From a virus, in the IMG/VR virus record IMGVR_UViG_3300025570_000007: 64,000 nt of DNA. One strand, given 5' to 3'. Below the pieces are notes generated by a model. The model was not told the DNA's origin. It searched no databases and was given only the letters and a program-made list of their open reading frames with translations. Positions 29,140 to 38,576 of the stretch are shown piece by piece; the first letter of the stretch is position 1; each line of letters starts with the position of its first letter. The position numbers and the translations under genes are program-made.

Positions 29140-30177
29140 CTAAAAGGACTTTAAAAACTTCGAATAATACTCTCTACTTCTCTCATCGTTTAGTTCTACA
29201 AGTGATGCACCGTATTGATTTATCACCTGTTTCAATATACCCGGAGGAGTTTTATATACTTTATCTAATGTGCTCTTTACCGACTCTTCATTAGGCTCTA
29301 CTATAAACGGATAGTCACTAAGGTATTCTTTCTGTGCTGATACTGTGCTTATTATCGGCACCATTCCGTTTAGTAAGCTTATGTAGGAAAAGTAATGGAA
29401 CCCTCCGTAAATTGAAACGTCGTAATATACGTGATTTGTCTTAAAGAAATTAGCATAATCCCGCAACTTACCCTTAAACTTAATAGCTTGACTATTTTCT
29501 GTGAGTTCATTTACAAGTAGTTCATTATTTAAAGCCCCTCTTCCGTGGCTTCCGTATAAGTTTACTGAGTATTTTGAAGATTCTTTTATGGCCTGGTATA
29601 ATGTAAGTAATCCGTTTGCGAACGAAGGTGTTCCGTTAAACCCGATTGAATTATTTGGACTAAAGTGAGATAAGTCTACTCCGATATCGGCCTCTTTTCC
29701 TAATGAAGGCGGAATTATAATTACCGGTTTCTCTTTTACTAGTTTATAAAAGTTTTCAAAAAGGTCTTGATCTAACCTACTGTAAAATACAAACCCGTCT
29801 GCGTAATCTTCGTAAAGAAGTGTTTGTAGTTTGTGAGAAAGTCCTACGTATCTGGAGACTGGGTTTCTTGTTATCACCTTAGTAAAATAGTCGTCCAGCT
29901 CTCTATGCTCTTCCGGGACTGTATCAATTATAAAGACTCTAGGTATCTTTAGTTCTGTGAGTATATCTCTAGATGTAGTTATACTTGTCATCTCGTAGTC
30001 GAGTATAACTAATACGTGGGTATAGTTACTGTTAATTGTGTATTCGATGTTTCTGTCTGTAATATTAAATATATCACAAGGGGCTAATTCTAGAGTCTTA
30101 ACTAACCTGTTGTAAATCAGTAACTCGTTTACAGAATCCCTACGTACGTTATAATTTGTTAGTATACATACCTTCAT
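29140..30177 (-). CDS. GT-B (GT4-like) glycosyltransferase, divergent
   Basis: IGFNG...NGL..L..AI...LYG...KFKG...S.YGGF...NGMVPIIS pattern. The canonical Ex7E glutamates are absent. Confidence 0.6.
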   Translation of the reverse strand: MKVCILTNYNVRRDSVNELLIYNRLVKTLELAPCDIFNITDRNIEYTINSNYTHVLVILDYEMTSITTSRDILTELKIPRVFIIDTVPEEHRELDDYFTKVITRNPVSRYVGLSHKLQTLLYEDYADGFVFYSRLDQDLFENFYKLVKEKPVIIIPPSLGKEADIGVDLSHFSPNNSIGFNGTPSFANGLLTLYQAIKESSKYSVNLYGSHGRGALNNELLVNELTENSQAIKFKGKLRDYANFFKTNHVYYDVSIYGGFHYFSYISLLNGMVPIISTVSAQKEYLSDYPFIVEPNEESVKSTLDKVYKTPPGILKQVINQYGASLVELNDERSREYYSKFLKSF

Positions 30178-30220
30178 TTAATTATATTTTCAATATAGTA
30201 ATATATGAAAAATAACAATG

Positions 30221-33214
30221 TTAAACTACTGTATAGGAATTATCAGGACAAAAGTATATCAAGTCATCTATAATATTCACTACATACCCTATTATTCGTA
30301 CAATATCTGTAGCACCTGTTGGTGCAGTCTGTGTAAAGGCGCCTGCGGTGTTGGAAATGTATAATTTTGCACCACGTGTTGTTAACCCTGTATATGACCC
30401 GTTAGAGGTAAATCTAGCAAATCCTCTTACTAACATTCCATCACTGTTGGAAGTTGTACCTAATGCTATAGCTAGTAGCCCTGTACCCGTTGTTGCGGTA
30501 TCTGCATCTGCTGCAGTCCATCCTGCAGCACTGTTATAGTAGTACAGTGACCCTGCTACGGTTGATGCTGATCCGAAGTATACTATTTCTCCTGCTGTTG
30601 CTGCGGTTCCTAAGTAGTTGAGGGAGGCTTTAGCTGCATAGCAGGTTGTATTATTAAAGGAAGTTGTACATTCGGAAAGTGCTGTTATTCCGTTTCCTAT
30701 AACGAATGCAAAATTTGTGGAGGTTATGGAATTACTGCTGCCTCCTAATATTCCGCTACAGTTACTGGTGGTTATAGTATTAGATACTCCTCCTCCTATA
30801 AAGGATCTACAGGTTCCGTTATTTTGGTTTAGATCTCCTCCTCCTATAAAACTGGTACCGGAGGCACCACAGATAGTGTTCTTAAGCCCCCCTGCTATAG
30901 TGTTGTGAGAATTGTTGCCAGTTAGTGTTGTTACTGTGTTACACTGTCCTCCTCCTATGGTGGAATGGATTCCCCAAACCGGTACACAGTTTCTACTACC
31001 TCCTCCTATTGTTGAACAACCGGCTCCGGATCCCAAGCAATGAAAGCAGCCTCCTCCTATTGTGCCGTGGGTAGCATAACCTCTATTACAAAATCCTCCT
31101 GATACTGTAGTATACTCTAGTGCACAGTTTCTACTACCTCCTCCTACTGTGCCGAATTTGAGGCATGCTACGTTTTGACACCCTCCTGATACAGTTCCGA
31201 AGGCTCCTGATGATGTGTGAAAAGATCCTCCTCCTATTGTTGACCCTGAACTAATTGCGGTAAGATCTAGAGTTGTTCCGTTTGATACTATGTTACAGTA
31301 ACCTCCTGATATTGTTGAATTGTCTGCTAAAACGTAGTTGCCGTTTCCTCCTCCTATTGTTGAACTGGCTCCTGATGCTGTGTGAAAAGATCCTCCTCCT
31401 ATTGTTGAGAAAGCTGCTGTTACTGTGTTGTTTGCTCCTCCTCCTATAGTAGAGTAACAAGAACCGGTTCCTAATAATGCTATTATGGAATTATTACATC
31501 CTCCTCCTATAGTTGAGAAAGAACTATTGAAATATGTTGAGTTGGTAATGTTATTAATACATCCTCCATTTATCGAAGAATAGACTCCACTATTGGTATG
31601 TCCTGCACCTATCGTGATACATCCTGATCCTAGTATATTACCTACTACTGATAATTTTTCGCCAGGACTAGTAGTACCTATTCCTACATTTTTAGTACCT
31701 TCTATAAAACTAGCTATTATATCACCACTTCTATTTGTTATTTTTAACCTTATACTAGTGTTATCATACTCAATACCAAATCTTTTAGCTCCACTCGTAT
31801 TATGTATATCAATAAGTTTGTTGTTAGAAACACCTTCTAACGCCTCTAATACAACCCCTGGCGATGCTGACGTTATTCCATCAATGTGTAGTTTACCATC
31901 TGGATTAGATGTTCCAATACCCACATTACCGCCTGATGTAATTGTTAATCTTGCAATATTATTAGTAAATAATTGTAATGGGTGTCCAGTAGGAGTACCA
32001 AAATAACCCGCATTATCTAATGCATTGGTAAAACTACTTCCAACTGACCCATTTATACCTATTTTAGAATGTACTGCACGATTATCCTGATAAAAATCTA
32101 CTCTTGGATTATCATCCTCTGAACCTGCATTATCCGTATCGGATTCTATTATAATCACAGCATCACCAGTTGTTCCTGAAGAAATGTGTAATAATGATTC
32201 AGGAATACTTATGCCTATACCTATCTTATTTCCGGATCCGGTCAGGGTTAAATCTCCATTTCCAATTATTACATCATTTTGAAGACCACCAACACCACCT
32301 CCTAATAAAATATCTTTTGCAGTTGTATTATAGATGTACAAATCACCACTGTTTGAAGTAAGTGATCCACCGGAGGTGAGCTGAAAAGCCGATGATGCTT
32401 GAATTGTGCCATTTACGTCTAAACTTGTACCAGGATCTAGTACCCCTATTCCTACATTACCTGCACCATCTATCCTCACTCTCTCACCTCTATCAGCTGC
32501 ATTCTGAGTGTTAAAGGCTAAACCGTATTTATTACCTGCATTTTCTGCAACGACTCTAATAGAAGCCGCAACACCGACACCAAAATCACTAAGATCGTTA
32601 GATTGGAATTCTATTTTATGAACATCTTCGGTATCATTAATTCCTACATCTCCGTTTTCTAGTATCAAGGTCGTTGGGGAATCCACACCTAATTCGTATA
32701 GATGTAACCTTGACTCAGGATTTGTTGTTCCTATACCTACATTCCCCGTTGAATTTTCTATAATCATTCTCTGGTTGAGTGTATAAGGAGTGCTCGTCAG
32801 TCTAGTAGAAAATATAAGGTTACTAAATGTGTCAGCAAATATTTTAGAACCAAGAACAGAGGCTCCAGTAAAAGTAATACCATTCGTTCTATCGACTCCT
32901 ATTCCAAGCGTTCCTACATTTACATCATATGATGTCTTTGGGTCCGTTCCAGCAATAACTTTACCTGTTACAGTTAAGTCTCCTGTAAGCGTATCTGTTG
33001 TATCTAATAAATAATTACCTGCAGGTTGATAGGCTGTAGAAGTGAAAGCATTACTTCCTAATTCTCGTGTACCCACGACACTAGAATCATTAATCATAAG
33101 GGCAGTGGCTTCACTTGCTTGTGTAGAGAGTGTAGAAAGGGTTAAGGTTTTAGCTGTAAGTGAGTTTAGTGAAGCATCAGACCCACTCGTAATAAGTTTT
33201 TTCCAATTTGGCAT
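30221..33214 (-). CDS. Long tail fibre/adhesin with GNVGIGT repeats and a Cys-rich STIGGG beta-solenoid
   Basis: Repeated GNVGIGT..P...LH units, many S/T-I-G-G-G units, C-terminal G.LYIS..AG..T.T.P domain. Confidence 0.8.
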   Translation of the reverse strand: MPNWKKLITSGSDASLNSLTAKTLTLSTLSTQASEATALMINDSSVVGTRELGSNAFTSTAYQPAGNYLLDTTDTLTGDLTVTGKVIAGTDPKTSYDVNVGTLGIGVDRTNGITFTGASVLGSKIFADTFSNLIFSTRLTSTPYTLNQRMIIENSTGNVGIGTTNPESRLHLYELGVDSPTTLILENGDVGINDTEDVHKIEFQSNDLSDFGVGVAASIRVVAENAGNKYGLAFNTQNAADRGERVRIDGAGNVGIGVLDPGTSLDVNGTIQASSAFQLTSGGSLTSNSGDLYIYNTTAKDILLGGGVGGLQNDVIIGNGDLTLTGSGNKIGIGISIPESLLHISSGTTGDAVIIIESDTDNAGSEDDNPRVDFYQDNRAVHSKIGINGSVGSSFTNALDNAGYFGTPTGHPLQLFTNNIARLTITSGGNVGIGTSNPDGKLHIDGITSASPGVVLEALEGVSNNKLIDIHNTSGAKRFGIEYDNTSIRLKITNRSGDIIASFIEGTKNVGIGTTSPGEKLSVVGNILGSGCITIGAGHTNSGVYSSINGGCINNITNSTYFNSSFSTIGGGCNNSIIALLGTGSCYSTIGGGANNTVTAAFSTIGGGSFHTASGASSTIGGGNGNYVLADNSTISGGYCNIVSNGTTLDLTAISSGSTIGGGSFHTSSGAFGTVSGGCQNVACLKFGTVGGGSRNCALEYTTVSGGFCNRGYATHGTIGGGCFHCLGSGAGCSTIGGGSRNCVPVWGIHSTIGGGQCNTVTTLTGNNSHNTIAGGLKNTICGASGTSFIGGGDLNQNNGTCRSFIGGGVSNTITTSNCSGILGGSSNSITSTNFAFVIGNGITALSECTTSFNNTTCYAAKASLNYLGTAATAGEIVYFGSASTVAGSLYYYNSAAGWTAADADTATTGTGLLAIALGTTSNSDGMLVRGFARFTSNGSYTGLTTRGAKLYISNTAGAFTQTAPTGATDIVRIIGYVVNIIDDLIYFCPDNSYTVV
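30641..31621 (-). repeat. Coding repeat region (STIGGG units) with near-identical DNA copies
   Basis: Repeated cctcctcctat. tgtgtgaaaagatcctcctcctattgttga occurs at about 31214 and about 31379. Confidence 0.8.
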
Positions 33215-33229
33215 AGTATGTGTAATTAC

Positions 33230-33271
33230 GGTTGGTTACAGGATTGCCTGTCCACTTCCCTTTCGGGCCAA
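33230..33271 (-). ncRNA. Candidate structured 5'-leader RNA (three-way junction) of the tail fibre gene
   Basis: Sense UUGG-CCC GAAA GGG-AAGUGG-ACAGG CAAU CCUGU-AA-CCAA-CC. Confidence 0.5.
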
Positions 33272-33290
33272 TAATATCTATAATAAATAT

Positions 33291-33317
33291 AAGAAAAAGA
33301 TCCTTCCGGACCTTTCT
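33291..33317 (-). terminator. Intrinsic terminator
   Basis: Sense AAAGGTCC-GGAA-GGATCTTT-TTCTT. Confidence 0.65.
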
Positions 33318-33322
33318 TTTTA

Positions 33323-33493
33323 TTATAAAGTTTCTATATGGTCTGTAACCTTCTTAACCACCTTGTAGAATAGTTCAAATTCATTTCCCGTATACGTAGC
33401 TGTCCTTAATTTAGCTATTATAAATTCAGATTCCTGCTTTGTTAAGTTCGATACCTCTCTAGGTTTTGCTTTCGCCTTATCTATTAATCCCAT
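33323..33493 (-). CDS. Small hypothetical protein (56 aa); missing from the ORF track
   Basis: MGLIDKAKAKPREVSNLTKQESEFIIAKLRTATYTGNEFELFYKVVKKVTDHIETL*, followed by a terminator. Confidence 0.7.
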   Translation of the reverse strand: MGLIDKAKAKPREVSNLTKQESEFIIAKLRTATYTGNEFELFYKVVKKVTDHIETL

Positions 33494-33519
33494 AAACATT
33501 TTTATAACTTTAATTACTT

Positions 33520-34662
33520 TTATACGTAGATGAATATATCTGCTCCCTCTACTCTTATGTTTCCTACGTGATCTGCTTGTGCTGTTGCTGCATTAGCTTC
33601 TGTACCTTCGTATACCCCTGCTATTGAGTAATCTGGTGTAGTATCTCCTGTAGCATTACCTGCTAGTGAGTTTACGATTCTTAAACGTCCATCGTTGGAA
33701 TTGAAACTTGCATCCCATACTAATGCTGCACCTGTGTTAGCTGTTCCGTTTGATCCGCCAAATACAAGTCCTGAATCTCCGACTACGGCTGATCCTGAAT
33801 TAAGTAGTACGTATTTATCTTCTACGTTTAAGTTATCAGCATTAACGGTAACTGTTGTTCCGTTAACAACTAAATCTCCTGTAATAGTTACATCGTTTTG
33901 GAATGTTCTACTACCTGCGATTGAATCTGCTAAACCTAATGTCCAAGAAGGACCGCCACCTAGTGCTTGTGAACTAACTCCTGCATCTAATGTTAATTCA
34001 TTGGCTGTAACTGCTACTGTTGCTGTAGTATCACCTTCTACGGCTGTGTTAGCAGCTGATCCGTAATTTACTGCTATAGTTGGAGATGAACCTTCTCCTG
34101 TATTTGATCCAATTGTTACACCTGTACCTGCACCTAGGTTATCTACGTAGTCTCCTGTTGTATCAGTTCCTAAAGCAACTGAGTTAGCCTGTATTGTTGC
34201 AACACCGGAACCGTTAATAAGTACGTCTCCACTTATTCCTGACCAGTTTGAGGTATTAAAGTAAGTAGCTAATGATCCAGAATCTACTGAAAATGTTCTA
34301 GCTGTTGCTCCTGTATACGTACCTGTAGATGTTAACCCACCTCCTGCTGTTAGTGCAGCTAAGTTTGAACCTAATGCTACACCTGATATTGTTGAGTTTG
34401 CTAGTGATGCGTTAGGAATAGCGATTAGATCGAATGTAACCGTATCTGGTGCTGATGTTCCTGTTAATCTAAGCCCTTGTCCTGAGCCGGATGCAAATGT
34501 CAGAGAATCCTCTAGACCGGCTGTAAGAATCGTTCCGTTTATAGAAGCTGATGCGTAGCTGTTTGTTGATCCTGAAATCTCTCCTGATGTTACGTATCCT
34601 GCATCGTTAATTAGTTGTGTTATATTCGAGCCCGATACAACGAGTTTTTTCCATTCTGCCAT
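33520..34662 (-). CDS. Tail fibre/collar-like structural protein
   Basis: N-terminus MAEWKKLVVSGS parallels MPNWKKLITSGS. ITGDLVVNGTT...VEDKYVLLNSG fibre motif. Confidence 0.7.
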   Translation of the reverse strand: MAEWKKLVVSGSNITQLINDAGYVTSGEISGSTNSYASASINGTILTAGLEDSLTFASGSGQGLRLTGTSAPDTVTFDLIAIPNASLANSTISGVALGSNLAALTAGGGLTSTGTYTGATARTFSVDSGSLATYFNTSNWSGISGDVLINGSGVATIQANSVALGTDTTGDYVDNLGAGTGVTIGSNTGEGSSPTIAVNYGSAANTAVEGDTTATVAVTANELTLDAGVSSQALGGGPSWTLGLADSIAGSRTFQNDVTITGDLVVNGTTVTVNADNLNVEDKYVLLNSGSAVVGDSGLVFGGSNGTANTGAALVWDASFNSNDGRLRIVNSLAGNATGDTTPDYSIAGVYEGTEANAATAQADHVGNIRVEGADIFIYV

Positions 34663-34701
34663 TTTATAGTGGTGTTATTATGTGTTTTTAATAAATATCT
34701 A

Positions 34702-35118
34702 CTAAGTACTGAAACCAAAGTAAAAATCGTCAGAGTCATTGTAGTAGATTCCCCCCGGCACTGGTGATGGTGCTACTGATTGGGATACTAGTTGAAGTGT
34801 TCCTTCGTTATTTACTTTTACTTTATCTTCTCCTGCTACAGAGACTACAAACTCTTCTGCAGTATTGTCTAAGTCTATATACAGGGAACCTGTTATCTGT
34901 AAGTCTCTTGTTGTGTTCCAATAAGAGCCTGTTTGTCTAAATATTGAACTAGAATTTTCAATAAGATCTAGTATATTATCTCCATTAATGTATAGTGAGC
35001 CTGATGTGTTTAGAGAGCCTGTAATATTAAGAGCACCTTCTACACTTAGGGTACCTGTTAAGTACTTTCCTGCTCCAGGTAACCCTTCTTTTATTTGATC
35101 CCAAAATATCTTGGCCAT
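34702..35118 (-). CDS. Virion structural protein (fibre-like)
   Basis: Repeated ITGSL motifs, C-terminal GGIYY...FYFG. Confidence 0.6.
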   Translation of the reverse strand: MAKIFWDQIKEGLPGAGKYLTGTLSVEGALNITGSLNTSGSLYINGDNILDLIENSSSIFRQTGSYWNTTRDLQITGSLYIDLDNTAEEFVVSVAGEDKVKVNNEGTLQLVSQSVAPSPVPGGIYYNDSDDFYFGFST

Positions 35119-36383
35119 TACAGTACATTTAATTTACCTACTATCGTAAACTCCATTCCTACTTCTAGTGCAAAGTTTAGATTATTATTAAAAGTTATTA
35201 CGACATTTAGCCCTACTTCTGCAATTGAGGTAATAGCGGAAGGTTCTACATTCTGTCCATTTATAAATACTTGGAAATCTTCTTTTGTTAAAGCAGGAAA
35301 GTTCTCAGGCACTGTTGCTATTGAAAGATCTAAGAATGTTATTGTCTTAGCAGGAATATCTAAACTAAATCCGTTATTGGTTGTATCTATCATAGTGTTT
35401 AGACTGATGAAGGTTATTTCCTCAGGAGTTAATCCACTACTTGTATATGTTGGATAAATCACTGTTGTTGATGATGTCTCATCAAAGAATCTTGACGGTG
35501 CTTCGCTTATTGGTGTTTGTGCTGAAGCATTTAGTATTTCTTCCGAACCGGCTGTCTCTATTCCAAACTTTATTGCTGCTTTTGAATAGAATTTATTCAT
35601 ATTTGCAATAGAAGTGTTAATAGTATCGGATACTATATGTCCTAGCATATTAATCTCAAAGCTTGTTCTAACAGTCCTATCCTGTCCTTGAACTACCTCT
35701 GTAGTAGTCGTATATGAGTCAATCATTGCCCTAAAGTTAAATCTTTCAGGATCTCCCCAATACGCATCGGAAGCAAAATTAATACCTTCTATAATCTTAT
35801 TCATTTGCTCAATGTACTCTGTAAAGATTATACAAGAATACTTTAAGTTTACGTAGTCTGGTATAATTACTCCGTAAAGTTCTTCTACCGGGTCTCTATT
35901 AGTTAGTGTGCTAAATCGGTCATATACGTTTTTCTTTGAGTATCTTTTTTGGAAGATTGAGAAGTTATTAGGAGCATTTGCATCTAATTTATTTCCTAAC
36001 TCCCTATTCTTTGTTAGAGATTCCCTCTTAAACATAATTAAAGGGGTCTGTATTTTACCGTTCTTATCTCTATAGAATCCGTCTTTCTGTACAGCTGCCC
36101 ACCTTTCTGGTGATCCGTATAATATCGGTACTACTAATCTGCTTCCGTTCTGTATTACCGATGGTTTTATTACGTTGTTAAAGTAGTATATAATTGTTTC
36201 ATCTATATCTCGAAGTCCTATACTAAACTGCTTTACGTCATCGTCCTTAACTGAACGTTCGTATGCTCTGTTTTTCTTTAGGTCATCCGGAGTAGGTGAC
36301 TTTTGAGCACTGTTGTAGGTCTCAATAGATTCCTGAGATAATTGGGATTGTCTTTTAGGTATTACTTTTTTTTGTTTAGCCAT
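35118..36383 (-). CDS. Tail terminator/sheath stabiliser (gp15-like) with C-terminal extension
   Basis: VPILYGSPERW...TPLIMFKR, in neck-gene synteny. Confidence 0.65.
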   Translation of the reverse strand: MAKQKKVIPKRQSQLSQESIETYNSAQKSPTPDDLKKNRAYERSVKDDDVKQFSIGLRDIDETIIYYFNNVIKPSVIQNGSRLVVPILYGSPERWAAVQKDGFYRDKNGKIQTPLIMFKRESLTKNRELGNKLDANAPNNFSIFQKRYSKKNVYDRFSTLTNRDPVEELYGVIIPDYVNLKYSCIIFTEYIEQMNKIIEGINFASDAYWGDPERFNFRAMIDSYTTTTEVVQGQDRTVRTSFEINMLGHIVSDTINTSIANMNKFYSKAAIKFGIETAGSEEILNASAQTPISEAPSRFFDETSSTTVIYPTYTSSGLTPEEITFISLNTMIDTTNNGFSLDIPAKTITFLDLSIATVPENFPALTKEDFQVFINGQNVEPSAITSIAEVGLNVVITFNNNLNFALEVGMEFTIVGKLNVL

Positions 36384-36386
36384 TAT

Positions 36387-36872
36387 TTACCTTACCTCTT
36401 TTACTCCTATTCTGTCTGATCTTGTTAAATGGCAGTCTACTATTATAGATACTGAAGTTCCGAACTGGTCTCCGTACGATGTCAGGTTATATCCACTGTC
36501 TCTACCTACAAATAACTGGTTCTCTCGTACTGTATCTACTTCGTAGTAATCTTCTTGCCACATCACTATATCTCCTACCTCAGCTACAGTATTTGCATCT
36601 ACTAAATCATTTCTTAAGAATGCAAATGAACACTCTCTTCCTAAATCTGGTCCAAAGTCATCTACTGCTATAATTTGATCTCCTCTTGTTACTAAGCAGT
36701 TCAGCTTAACCGGGTCCAGGTATACTTTTTCTAGTGCTTCTCCGTACAGGTTTGCTTGAGTATCTTCTAGAGATATTTTATAGTAGCCGATTTCTTGCTC
36801 TACAACATCTGATAGTAACTCCCTGTTTATGTTAACAAGTAAGCAAAAGTCTCTATTGGATCCGAATAGCAT
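36387..36872 (-). CDS. Neck/head completion protein (gp14-like)
   Basis: NLYGEA...EVGDIV...YYEV, following the gp13-like gene. Confidence 0.7.
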   Translation of the reverse strand: MLFGSNRDFCLLVNINRELLSDVVEQEIGYYKISLEDTQANLYGEALEKVYLDPVKLNCLVTRGDQIIAVDDFGPDLGRECSFAFLRNDLVDANTVAEVGDIVMWQEDYYEVDTVRENQLFVGRDSGYNLTSYGDQFGTSVSIIVDCHLTRSDRIGVKEVR

Positions 36873-36875
36873 ATG

Positions 36876-37181
36876 TTATTTTTTCTTTTCAATTGTCTTC
36901 TGTGCAACTTCCAGTTTCTTTATTTCCGGTACTCTTTCTATTGAGGTATTCTTAAACGCTGCAAAAGCTTCTGGTGCTGATTTTGTTGTCAATATCTTTA
37001 CTTTCATGATAGCGTTGTTTGTATTACCGTCGTGGGATACCTGGCCTACTGTAAGTACTCCCGGGACTGCTCTTAACATTTCTCCGATATCCTGTACGGT
37101 TATATCTTCTGTGTGAGTAATTCGTACCATAGCTTGGTATATTGAGAATTGCGTCTCTGCTATTATGTCTACTAGTTTCAT
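36876..37181 (-). CDS. Small ferredoxin-fold-like protein with capsid-targeting-like N-terminus
   Basis: MKLVDIIAE; LRAVPGVLTV. Confidence 0.55.
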   Translation of the reverse strand: MKLVDIIAETQFSIYQAMVRITHTEDITVQDIGEMLRAVPGVLTVGQVSHDGNTNNAIMKVKILTTKSAPEAFAAFKNTSIERVPEIKKLEVAQKTIEKKK

Positions 37182-38323
37182 TATCCTATATAAATTACCA
37201 TCGGAACTCCTTGAAGGATTTTAGATGAGTTATCAGCCTCTTGAGCTTTTCTTTCTAATTGTGAGCTTCTAGAGGTTTGTTCTAACATCTCTCTTAAATT
37301 CTCTAATAAAGCAGCTTTCTCCAGTCTTGCGTCAGTAAGTAGATCTTGCTGGTTTAGTATAGTTTCCGAACCTGGGATAGGTACTGTTGTGTATTTTCCT
37401 CTAATATAGGCTAATAGCTCTTTTGTGAGAGCTAAGGTATAGTTTCTTATCCACTGTTTACCTACACTGTTTATTCCCGTATACACAGGATTATCGTAAG
37501 GAACTTCTCCGACATTTGACACTAGTCCTGCGCCGTCTAGTAATGTTGCTGCTCGTTTTTCATCTACCTTATAGTACTCAAAGGTATATATACCTCCTAC
37601 TTTAGGTTGTGGAAATATTCTTAATTGATTATTTACCAACTCGAAAGTGTATGTTGATTTTCTAATCTGATCATTAAACTCAATTGCTTGAATCTTTAGT
37701 ACATCAAAAGATGCTGGCATTAGCATAAAATTAACTCCTGGACTATATGATCCGAAATCAAATGCATCCATAAGTGATTGAATACCTGTCCCTGTTCCTG
37801 CATATGGATCAAAGTAACGTAGTATTGCAGGAGGTGCTTCATAGAATACTTTTCTCACTTCTATACTTCCTGTTATATTTTGGTCTATTGCCCATTGGTT
37901 CAGATCGTATTTTTGAATACTTTGAGTAACATTTAACTGACCTGTATACTTTGTTGCAAATCCACCAACATCTGCCTCTGTTCCGTAGTTTTTTGAAATC
38001 TGAATTACTCTATCTAAAGTGGGGTTAATTATCTTATTATTTATAGAGACTGAACTGTTTGTTCCTTCTAATGAAATATAATTCTCTCTAATCTTGTACT
38101 GAAATACTTCGTTTCCGTATGCTGAAACAGCTTCTTCAAAGGCAGTGTAAAAATTTATATCTTGTAACTCCACATCCATTAGAGGCCATCCTAGTCTATG
38201 AGCACAGAAACTTGCTACCTTATCAGCATCAGCTTGAAATTCTAGATCATTATCATAAAATCCAAACGGAGTCTGTCCGGGAGTGAATGCTGAAGTACCT
38301 GTCCAAGTTTTTATGTCTGCCAT
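37181..38323 (-). CDS. Neck protein (gp13-like head-tail adaptor)
   Basis: RLGWPLMDVEL...WIRNYTLALTKELL..IRGKY..VPIPG...LN...P.VIYIG. Confidence 0.8.
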   Translation of the reverse strand: MADIKTWTGTSAFTPGQTPFGFYDNDLEFQADADKVASFCAHRLGWPLMDVELQDINFYTAFEEAVSAYGNEVFQYKIRENYISLEGTNSSVSINNKIINPTLDRVIQISKNYGTEADVGGFATKYTGQLNVTQSIQKYDLNQWAIDQNITGSIEVRKVFYEAPPAILRYFDPYAGTGTGIQSLMDAFDFGSYSPGVNFMLMPASFDVLKIQAIEFNDQIRKSTYTFELVNNQLRIFPQPKVGGIYTFEYYKVDEKRAATLLDGAGLVSNVGEVPYDNPVYTGINSVGKQWIRNYTLALTKELLAYIRGKYTTVPIPGSETILNQQDLLTDARLEKAALLENLREMLEQTSRSSQLERKAQEADNSSKILQGVPMVIYIG

Positions 38324-38423
38324 TTGTTTAGTTAATTTATTATAAATATGAAGAATTTACTTAATAGGGCACTAAACTGCGGAGTGTACGTAAGCTTGTG
38401 GGTACCTTGACATTCTATATCTA

Positions 38424-38570
38424 TTATGCTGGCATTTGTTCATGTACAATTGCCCAATCTTCTGCTGTTAGTGCTCTATTCCATATTAAACATCTTCTCA
38501 TGGATCCTTTAAAGGTATACCCGCTCCCTGCACCTATACCATCCGAACATATTACAATTGGTTTTGACAT
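38424..38570 (-). pseudogene. Orphan C-terminal LamG fragment, in frame with the upstream gene
   Basis: MSKPIVICSDGIGAGSGYTFKGSMRRCLIWNRALTAEDWAIVHEQMPA*, starting two codons after the TAA at 38577-38579. Confidence 0.6.
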
Positions 38571-38576
38571 TTTGAT

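Noticed and set aside
33230-33271. Hammerhead ribozyme
   Set aside because: Has a three-stem shape and GAAA but lacks the CUGAnGA core. Kept only as a generic structured leader.
38385-38410. Cluster of palindromes (TACGTA, AAGCTT, GGTACC) resembling a polylinker
   Set aside because: No vector context, and such hexamers are common throughout this sequence. Likely chance.
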